A stretch of DNA of 63,473 nucleotides, the filler included, from Octopus bimaculoides (Eukaryota), in assembly GCF_001194135.2 (NCBI RefSeq). It is 5 parts of 5 records of this genome, joined end to end, with 100 filler letters (N's around TTAATTAATTAA, not from the genome) between each part and the next. Parts side by side here need not be neighbours in the genome. Positions count along the whole stretch, not along the records: positions 51,066 to 55,076 come from NC_069005.1; positions 55,177 to 58,605 come from NC_068991.1; positions 58,706 to 63,473 come from NC_068983.1; 2 more parts are not named here. One strand, written 5' to 3'. This document shows positions 52,727 through 63,473 of the stretch, one piece after another (the first letter of the stretch is position 1; the number at the start of each line of letters is the position of its first letter). The notes under the pieces were generated by a model. That model did not search any database, had not been told where the DNA came from, and saw only the letters and a list, made by a program, of their open reading frames with translations. The position numbers were made by a program, and so were the translations under genes.

Positions 52727-53293
52727 CAGTCAGACAGATAGACATTGAGACAAAAGACAGAGAAATGGAGACACATAGAGAGACAGAGAGGTGGAGAGAT
52801 ATTGAAGAAAGAAAACTCGAGAACATTTAGAGAGAGAGCGAAAGAGACCGAGGAAGAGACAGCAGGAGAGCGAGGGAGAGAGAGAGAGACGAGCTATGTA
52901 GCAGGAACAAAAAGAGGTAATATGGAGTGTGAAAAAGGTGGGTATTGGTAGATGGGGAAGTGGTGTGGAATGAGATATAGAGGCGGAGGAGAAGGAGTTG
53001 GCGGAGGCGATGAAGGACGAAATGCGAGGTATACAAGGTGAATAAAACGTACATGTGTGTGTCTATGAATGTGTGTCTCTGTTTGTGCCTGTGTGTGTGT
53101 ATGCATGAGTGTTTGCAAGAGAGTGAGAGACAGAGACAGACAGAGACAGACAGACAAGTAGACAGACAGACAGAGCGAGGAAGAGAGAGGAGATGTGAGT
53201 GTTTCATGTGTGTGCGTGTTTAAGGGGAAGGGTAAGAGCGTGTACACATATGCAGGGCCCTCTTAAGGCATGGACCCACTAGGCCGATCTATG

Positions 53294-53740
53294 ATGTACT
53301 TGTTCGTCCGTCGTTGTCAACGATGACTAATAACATCTCATGGCAGAAGACGGGACACGATGTGTCCGCCTATGGTCGATCAGTCCCACCTGTACTCAGA
53401 AGGTTCTGTCGGGTATTTGATGGCCTGCTGGAACTAAATACGAGCAGCTGACCCCCGGAACTTGCACAGTTGACGTTTTCTTTGTGCTTCTGGAATCCGT
53501 TTGAAAGCATGGTCGGTTACTCAGGGACCTCACAGGTCTAGCGGCCCAATTCCGATATATGTACTTGCTTGTCTGTCCGTCATTGGAGACGATAAGCAAG
53601 GCCGTCACATGGGAGAAGAGGATGGGACACGATGTGTCCAGCTGTGGCCGATCAGTCTGATGCGTGCTAAAACGGGAATTTGATGATTTGCTGGAACTAA
53701 ATACGACAGGTTGCCTCTGCACAGTTCGCGTTTCCTTTCT
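53294..53740. repeat. Diverged direct duplication (~265-bp period) with identical blocks
   Basis: GGGACACGATGTGTCC at 53352 and 53624; TGCTGGAACTAAATACGA at 53426 and 53689; ATGTACTTG, GATCAGTC and TGCACAGTT are also shared. Confidence 0.85.
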
Positions 53741-56700
53741 GCCCCCTGCAATCCTGTCTTGTTCGTGGGAGCTGGTACCTCTGTTGGTGCAGCTTCATCA
53801 GGCAGGCAGGGTGGCCTTGCACATGAGCTTCCCAGGTGTCAGGGTTGATTTCAATGTACGTTGTGGCTTGCCATCAATAATGCAATGTTATAGGGACCCA
53901 CTACATTGATTTGCCCGGGAATAGAGACCTAGGATATTGATAGGACAACCTTGCATATTTCTGAGTGTGCATGTATTGGATTGTGTTTGAAAGTGTTTGA
54001 GTGTGTGCGTGTGAGACAGCGGGCGAAAATGTGTGTTTGAGTGTATACGTGGGATTATGCGTTTATATATGTGTGTGTATGTAAGGAGAAAGTGAAAGAC
54101 GGTGTATTTATGTGTGTGGGGGATTGTGGATGTATGACTGGGTGAGTACGTGTGTGTGTGTGTGTGTGTATTAGTAGTTGGGGGTGGGGTAGTATTTGAA
54201 GGTGCGTGGGAGTGTATGATTGCGTGTGGGTGGATATGGGTGAAAGAGAGGAGAGAGTGTATGTACATCTATGTATGTGTGTGTTAAAAAGGAAAGTTTT
54301 TAGGGTGACCACATACATATGTGTGTGTATGTAGGATGTGATTGAAAGTATGTGTGTGTCTGTAAGAGAAAGAGAGACAGACAGACAGTGGACGAGTGTG
54401 TACGTGTGTGTGATATTGGACATGGGTGTATATATGTGTGTGTATGTGTGTTGGATTGTGATTGAAAGTGTATGTGCGTGTATGTGAGTGTGTTACAGTA
54501 CACAAGAGTGTGTGCGTGCGTGTGTGTGTGAGTGGACATGTGTGTATTTATGAAGGAATGCAATCGAAAGTGTGTGCGTGACAGTGGACAAGTGTGTGCG
54601 TGTGAGCGCGTGCGCGAAAGTGAACATGTGTATGTGTGTGTGTGTAATTGTGTGTGTAATTGTGTGTGTGTATTTGTGTGAGTAACTTATTTGCTAGTGT
54701 GCTTATGTGTGAGAGCAGGTATATGTATGTATATGTATGTATTTGTGTATGTATGCGTGTGTGGGTATGGTTGTGTTCGATAATGTACGTCTGCGTATGC
54801 ATGTACACATCTATGCATGATTGGATATATGTGAGCGCGAATGGGTGTATATGTACGTGTATGAATATGTGTGTGATTGTGTTTGACATATGTGTGTACA
54901 GGTGTTTGTGCACGTATGTGTGTAAGTGTGTGTATGTGTTCATATGAATACGTGTAATGCGTGAAATATAAAATGACGAATTAAAGGAATAAAGGAGAGG
55001 AAAGAGTAGAAGGCTGATGAAGGGAGGAGGAGGGGAGGAGGGGTAGGTGAGGAGGAGGAGGAGGAGGAGGGAGGAGNNNNNNNNNNNNNNNNNNNNNNNN
55101 NNNNNNNNNNNNNNNNNNNNTTAATTAATTAANNNNNNNNNNNNNNNNNNNNNNNNNNNNNNNNNNNNNNNNNNNNTATATTTGGTGTTAATTTGCTTCA
55201 GCTTTATATTACATTAATCTTAATCTTATTTCGGCCAGAGTTCTTTCGTCACACTTCTGTGACCTCATCAGTGGTCCTTTGTTTCCTTCTTTCTTATGTG
55301 TGTCTCACCTTGTGTCTACGCATGCGTGTTCTTCAATGTGTCTATGTCTTTTGTAAGTGCATGTGTGTGTATGGGGAGTGTCTGTATCACCTATATTCTC
55401 TGTTAATACGTGTTCTTTTGTATTTGTTCTTATTTATTTATTTGTTCATGTGTGTGTGTGTGTGTGTGTGTTTTAATCTCCTGGTTTTTTTGTGCTTAAT
55501 TAAATTTTGTTAACGTATGTAGTATTTAATTCTATTTGTTTATCTATGTATTGTATTATATTTTGTTCATATTATTATTGGTTTATGGGTAACATGTTGT
55601 CACATGTTGTGGTTTGTGGTTTGTTAGTGGTGTGTGTTAGTGTTCCATTCTAGTTTCCTATTCAGGCTAGGTTTCTCTTCTATTATGTGTGTAGCTTCAG
55701 TGATTTGTCTAAGTGCTGCATCACTGCTATGTGTAGATAAGATTTTAATTTCTATGTTGTTGATTGAGCCTCTATGTTCTTGCTCAGCGTGCTGGTANNN
55801 NNNNNNNNNNNNNNNNNNNNNNNNNNNNNNNNNNNNNNNNNNNNNNNNNNNNNNNNNNNNNNNNNNNNNNNNNNNNNNNNNNNNNNNNNNNNNNNNNNNN
55901 NNNNNNNNNNNNNNNNNNNNNNNNNNNNNNNNNNNNNNNNNNNNNNNNNNNNNNNNNNNNNNNNNNNNNNNNNNNNNNNNNNNNNNNNNNNNNNNNNNNN
56001 NNNNNNNNNNNNNNNNNNNNNNNNNNNNNNNNNNNNNNNNNNNNNNNNNNNNNNNNNNNNNNNNNNNNNNNNNNNNNNNNNNNNNNNNNNNNNNNNNNNN
56101 NNNNNNNNNNNNNNNNNNNNNNNNNNNNNNNNNNNNNNNNNNNNNNNNNNNNNNNNNNNNNNNNNNNNNNNNNNNNNNNNNNNNNNNNNNNNNNNNNNNN
56201 NNNNNNNNNNNNNNNNNNNNNNNNNNNNNNNNNNNNNNNNNNNNNNNNNNNNNNNNNNNNNNNNNNNNNNNNNNNNNNNNNNNNNNNNNNNNNNNNNNNN
56301 NNNNNNNNNNNNNNNNNNNNNNNNNNNNNNNNNNNNNNNNNNNNNNNNNNNNNNNNNNNNNNNNNNNNNNNNNNNNNNNNNNNNNNNNNNNNNNNNNNNN
56401 NNNNNNNNNNNNNNNNNNNNNNNNNNNNNNNNNNNNNNNNNNNNNNNNNNNNNNNNNNNNNNNNNNNNNNNNNNNNNNNNNNNNNNNNNNNNNNNNNNNN
56501 NNNNNNNNNNNNNNNNNNNNNNNNNNNNNNNNNNNNNNNNNNNNNNNNNNNNNNNNNNNNNNNNNNNNNNNNNNNNNNNNNNNNNNNNNNNNNNNNNNNN
56601 NNNNNNNNNNNNNNNNNNNNNNNNNNNNNNNNNNNNNNNNNNATATACAATAACCTTCTACACAGTTTTTACCAACAAAATTCCCTCATAAAGTATTGCT

Positions 56701-56869
56701 CAACCCAGGGCTTTGGTGAAAGACCTTTGACCAAGATGTCACGCAGGGAACTGAACCCAAAACTGTGCAGTTGCAACGCGACCTTATTAAATAGAAAAAA
56801 AATTTTAAGAATAAAAAAATTTCACTTATATGAGTTGAAAACCCTATTTGGCAAATAAATCACGAAACA

Positions 56870-57155
56870 CCTAGACTTTTTGGACATTTAATCATAAACA
56901 GAGACAAAAACACTGAAGCCAACATCTACTTCAAGACAACAAACTCAAAAATAACATCTGCAATTTTTTCCTTGCCATCCAAAATATACGGAAATAAATA
57001 TATCTAACATGACAAGTATCTGTACAGTTGTATCCAAAATTGAAACCCGAGAGAACCGACTCTATATTACTCAAAAGACAATAACCAATTATTTTAATCA
57101 ATAACAGAATAGAACGTGCAAGGACGATAGACATCTGAGAATTATGAAAAGCAAG
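56870..57155 (+). mobile_element. Penelope-like RT thumb remnant
   Basis: Frameshifted LDFLDI/IINRDKNTEANIYFKTTNSK/LQFFPCHPKYTEINI...ICTVVS matches the PLE FLD...T.IY.K.T...YL.F.SCHP pattern. Confidence 0.7.
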
Positions 57156-57687
57156 AAACATACCATACATACATACATACATACATACATCTTATATATC
57201 TTAAGCTTTCGCTTTGCATAGCAATACTACAACCTGGTGTTAGAACTTACTATACATGTGTTTGAGAATAAAGTGTTTAGCGAGTGCAGAGTGTAATACG
57301 ATATTTATAAAATGGCATGAGAACATGGATTGTGTAATGACTTCAGAAGCTTACAGCTGTTTCTGCAATAAGATACAATGCAATTAGATTTGAGTGCTTG
57401 TGCAACAGATTATGGCTTCCTAAATAAACTTGTGCATCATTTTGAAGGTTCTGGGGAAGCTATAAGATGGTGCACAATTACACTCCTCTGAATGCAATGC
57501 AGCATATAGCAGAAAGAGCAGTTAGCTATGAAGTTGATAATGCAATTTCTGTTCCTTTCTCATTTCTTTAATGTCATGCTTATATACATATATTCATATA
57601 CACATATACACATACATACATACATACAAACATACATACATACATACATACATACATGCATGCATGCATGCATACATACATACATAG

Positions 57688-58420
57688 TACCTGGTGAACA
57701 AGAGAGACAGTGACGCTTTCGTAATCCCAAGGTGCAACCGCATGTGTAGGCTATGTCATGTTTCTGTGGAAGACATTACGCATGTGATTAGCAGCTGTCC
57801 TAAAATGTCGTCACGGTACTACCTCCCTATGCGGCACGATGTTGTTGCTAAAACAATTTACAATGCCACCCGCAAAAAAGACTGTCCTGAAATAAAGTTG
57901 GAAAATTCCCTGTTATGGAATAAATTCATAAACACCAACTCAAGGAATACTGGTGGAATATTCCCATCAAAACTTCTGTCAAATGTAAACATAACAGGCT
58001 GGATATTGTTGTTTGGGACAGAGGGGCAAAGGTATGTACCATCATAGAGGTCAGCTGCCCTGCAGATATAAATATCTCTTTGAAAATCAAAGAAAAAGAG
58101 GATATCTATGGACAACTGCTTCGAAACATCCAGCTTCTATATCCAAATTATGAATTCATATTCCTACCAATAATAATTTTAACACTAGGCTTCGTTAGTG
58201 AATGCTTAAAGAAGAATCTGGATAAACTGGAATTTTCAGAAAGAAAAATCGACTGGCTGATTTGTACATTCCAAGTCCAATCTGTGAGTGGAACAGTAAA
58301 AATATGCAAGACTTTTCTCAAGTTCCAAATGTGAATTTGTCTGCGTTAACTACAACCCAAAGATAGAGCCTTGTATCTTTGTTGGAAACCGACTCCATCC
58401 TCAGTGGAAAATTTATAATA
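57688..58420 (+). mobile_element. R4/Dong-type non-LTR retrotransposon 3' fragment (CCHC + RLE endonuclease), flanked by (CATA)n
   Basis: CRLCHVSVEDITHVISSCPKMSSRYYLPMRHDVVAK; HNRLDIVVWD...IIEVSCPAD...KEKEDIYG; stop at 58334 followed by a short UTR. Confidence 0.9.
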
Positions 58421-59469
58421 ATTAAAATATAGAGACATACAAGCATACATACATGCATATACCTCTATTCCATTTCATTGTGTTTTCATCCCACTAAACG
58501 CAATGCCACTGCTAAAGTCAAGCAGTTACTTTCGTTTTAAAAGTACCTTATTGTAGAATTTTAACGCGGTTGACTACATTGGTTAATGATAAACATCAGT
58601 CTGTCNNNNNNNNNNNNNNNNNNNNNNNNNNNNNNNNNNNNNNNNNNNNTTAATTAATTAANNNNNNNNNNNNNNNNNNNNNNNNNNNNNNNNNNNNNNN
58701 NNNNNATAGTTGAAGACATTTGCCCCAGGTGCCACGCAGTAGGACTGAATCCGAAACCACGTTGCAAAGCAATTTTCTTAACAACACTGCTATGTCTGCA
58801 CTTAACATTTCCAAGCCAGAAACGACTGGAATAAAAAAAATAAAAAATAAAAGAGGAGAATGCAAAAGGAGAATGACCTTCCTGAGTTGAAGTAATTCAT
58901 GTTTGTCGTTGGATTATCCCAAATTATTCTACATAATTGCTATTTCACTCTGGATAATCTTTCTTCTGTTTTTTTTTCTTTCATTTTGGTCCTTATGTTG
59001 TTCCGTACTGCCTATGTTATTTATCTATTAATGTGTCTTTTTTGTTATTGTTGTTCACACCGTTTTACTCGCTGGAAATGTCTCATTAAACTGTTTGTTT
59101 TTTTCGTTTTTGCTTTTTGTTTTCTTGTGCCCGTTTCCTTTGTTAAGGTCAACCCATAACGTTTTAAGCCAATATGATTGGTTGATCCTAGATCAGTGGG
59201 GTTCCTTCAATGGTCCTGATTGAAAATTCTCCTGTTCCAAGAGGACCGCTTCATTCACGTATTCACATATTTTATGTATACTATGTATACTCTCGTTTTT
59301 TTTTATCATCTTTCCGTTCCTCTTCTTTTCTTACTGTCATCTTTTTATGTTATCCCACATAGATTTTATGAATTGTCCTTGTAAGGTCTCCTTCATCATG
59401 CCCTGTGACAAATCACTATTATTATCATTAATATAATCTCAGCTTTATTTTACTGACTATAATGGAAAG

Positions 59470-60905
<1,436 letters not shown>

Positions 60906-61040
60906 CATTATTATTATTATTATTACTATTATTGTTATTGTTGTTATTATTATAGACATCGCACAGTATACAATATGGTGAGGTTGTTGATTGAAAATAT
61001 TGTGTCTACCGGGGATTTGTACTGTTTGCGAAGTCACAAC

Positions 61041-61602
61041 AAAATGTGTGGGAAGAGAGTAGAAAGTGTGACTCACATTGTTAGTGTTTATGAAAGACTT
61101 GCACAGAAAGAGTACAAGCGTAGACACGACAAGGTAACCCAAAACTTCCACTGACTACTATGTTGTAAGTATGGATATGAGGTTACGGGTGCTTGGTACC
61201 AATATACACCTGAAAAGGTACTGGACGAAAAGGGGGAGGCAAAAATCCTCTGGGACTTTGACTTTCAGACAGAAAAGGCGTTAGAGCACCGAAGGCCGGA
61301 TATAGTAACCTTTAGAAGGGACAAACAAGAGCGCCTAATAATTGACGTGATAGTGCCAGGAGATCAGCATATCATCATGAAAGAAAGGGAAAAGGTTGAT
61401 AAATATGGAGATCTGAGAATTGGGATCGCTAAGATATGGCAGCTACGGAGTCAGACATAAAAAGGTTATCCCTATTGTCATCGCAGCATTGGGTTCAATA
61501 CCACCCAATCTGAAAACCTTAGAAATACCCTACAATCTAGATGTATTGCAAAAGTCGGCATTACTTGGAACTGCACGCACATTGCATAAAGTACTGTCTG
61601 TC
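61041..61602 (+). mobile_element. R4/Dong-type retrotransposon 3' fragment, third family
   Basis: KMCGKRVESVTHIVS...LAQKEYKRRHDKV...KILWDF...HRRPDIV...IIDVIVPGD...EREKVDKYGDL...PIVIAALGSIP...LQKSALLGTARTLHKVL. Confidence 0.92.
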
Positions 61603-61760
61603 AACCATATGGTTCCGGGTTCATTCCCACTGTGTAGTACCTTGGGTAAGTGTCTTTTCCTATGGCCTCGGGCCGACCAAAGTCTTGTGATTGGATTTGG
61701 TGGACGGAAGCTGAAAGAAGCCCGTTGTATATATATATATATATGCATCAGCATGGCCGC
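61603..61760 (+). mobile_element. 5'-truncated SINE family A fused directly to the R4 fragment
   Basis: AACCATATGGTTCCGGGTTC... begins immediately after the codons for KVLSV. Confidence 0.8.
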
Positions 61761-62579
61761 AGCTCTGAGCTGAAACTTTGAAATGAAATGAAAAATATAT
61801 GTGTGTGTGTGTGTGTGTGTGCGTNNNNNNNNNNNNNNNNNNNNNNNNNNNNNNNNNNNNNNNNNNNNNNNNNNNNNNNNNNNNNNNNNNNNNNNNNNNN
61901 NNNNNNNNNNNNNNNNNNNNNNNNNNNNNNNNNNNNNNNNNNNNNNNNNNNNNNNNNNNNNNNNNNNNNNNNNNNNNNNNNNNNNNNNNNNNNNNNNNNN
62001 NNNNNNNNNNNNNNNNNNNNNNNNNNNNNNNNNNNNNNNNNNNNNNNNNNNNNNNNNNNNNNNNNNNNNNNNNNNNNNNNNNNNNNNNNNNNNNNNNNNN
62101 NNNNNNNNNNNNNNNNNNNNNNNNNNNNNNNNNNNNNNNNNNNNNNNNNNNNNNNNNNNNNNNNNNNNNNNNNNNNNNNNNNNNNNNNNNNNNNNNNNNN
62201 NNNNNNNNNNNNNNNNNNNNNNNNNNNNNNNNNNNNNNNNNNNNNNNNNNNNNNNNNNNNNNNNNNNNNNNNNNNNNNNNNNNNNNNNNNNNNNNNNNNN
62301 NNNNNNNNNNNNNNNNNNNNNNNNNNNNNNNNNNNNNNNNNNNNNNNNNNNNNNNNNNNNNNNNNNNNNNNNNNNNNNNNNNNNNNNNNNNNNNNNNNNN
62401 NNNNNNNNNNNNNNNNNNNNNNNNNNNNNNNNNNNNNNNNNNNNNNNNNNNNNNNNNNNNNNNNNNNNNNNNNNNNNNNNNNNTATATAAATATATGTGT
62501 GTGTGTGTGTGTGTATGTATGTATTATACACACATATATTTATGTGTGTATGTATGTGTATATACATATATATATATTT

Positions 62580-62790
62580 ATGTGTGTGTCATTGTGCTTG
62601 TTCCCCACCACCATTGCTTGACAACCGATGCTGGTGTGTTTATGTCCCCGTAACTGAGCATTTCGACGAAAGGATCCGATAGAATAAGTACCAGCCTTAC
62701 AAAGAATAAGTACCCGGGAGGTCGATTTCTTCGACTAAAAGGCAGTGCTCCAGCATGGCCGCAGTCAAATGACTGGAACAAGTAAAATAA
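62580..62790 (+). mobile_element. SINE family A, 3' half
   Basis: TTGACAACCGATGCTGGTGTG...CAGCATGGCCGCAGTCAAATGACTGGAACAAGTAAAA. Confidence 0.85.
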
Positions 62791-63284
62791 TCATTATCAC
62801 CGTCGTCATCGTCGTCGTCGTTGTCGTTGTCGTGGTGATCATCAATGTTCCGTTTTACTGTTTCAGCTAGCTCTGTTGCTCGCTCATAAGCAACAATGAC
62901 AAACATGTACATCATACCAGCAACACCAACAACGACATCAACAGCAATAATAGAAACCACATTGAATCAATGAAAGAGAAGTATTATACGGTCAGTAAAA
63001 AATAGAAACCAAATACTGTCGTATCATAATCTATCGTTTAAGTAAAAATAAATCAATTAAAAACAAATAAATAAATAAACAAAAGGAAAGGAAAGAAGAG
63101 ACGTGTTGAGCAGTGTAATCCTACCAGATGAACAAAATCTCAGTATGATCGTGTTTGGAATTTTGATGATTGATCTGCGGAATCAGGGAGGCCATGGGCT
63201 AAAAGGACACCATTAAAAACAACGATTCCAATAGTAACAACAACCACATTAAAATATAGTTAGAATCGTTTAAGTAAAAATAAT

Positions 63285-63473
63285 GGCGCAGGAGTGGCTG
63301 TGTGGTAAGTAGCTTGCTTACCAACCACATGGTTCCGGGTTCAGTCCTACTGCGTGGCACCTTGGGCAAGTGTCTTCTACTATAGCCTCGGGCCGACTAA
63401 AGCCTTGTGAGTGGATTTGGTAGACGGAAACTGAAAGAAGCCCGTCGTATATATGTATATATATATATGTATG
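63285..63473 (+). mobile_element. SINE family A, young copy, runs off the window end
   Basis: Near-identical to the 4162 copy with CpGs intact. Confidence 0.9.

Overview
AT-rich, gap-ridden, microsatellite-dense animal genomic DNA. The SINE families suggest a coleoid cephalopod, most likely an Octopus draft scaffold (inference). Nearly all long ORFs in the track are artefacts of N runs and (CA)n/(TA)n/(GA)n repeats. The only solid host coding sequence is a 99-nt minus-strand exon (43808-43906) encoding the start of the PDZ domain of an ARHGEF11/12 (PDZ-RhoGEF/LARG/RhoGEF2) homologue; a possible Pro-rich first exon lies at about 51.1-51.3 kb. The rest is intronic or intergenic and full of transposon debris: at least four SINE-like families, a Penelope-like element (RT + GIY-YIG), a second Penelope RT remnant, four R4/Dong-type RLE retrotransposon 3' fragments, an RTE-like fragment, a Helitron-like helicase remnant, Tigger-like and hAT MITEs, and a mariner transposase stub. 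The most interesting signal is a set of sequence-divergent but structurally covarying minimal type-I hammerhead ribozyme motifs (2689, 11762, 41552; remnant at 7871), two of them inside fold-back palindromes. A CpG-decayed block (21.5-51.0 kb) is bounded by artificial TTAATTAATTAA scaffold linkers. Transposon and SINE coordinates are approximate, read by eye.
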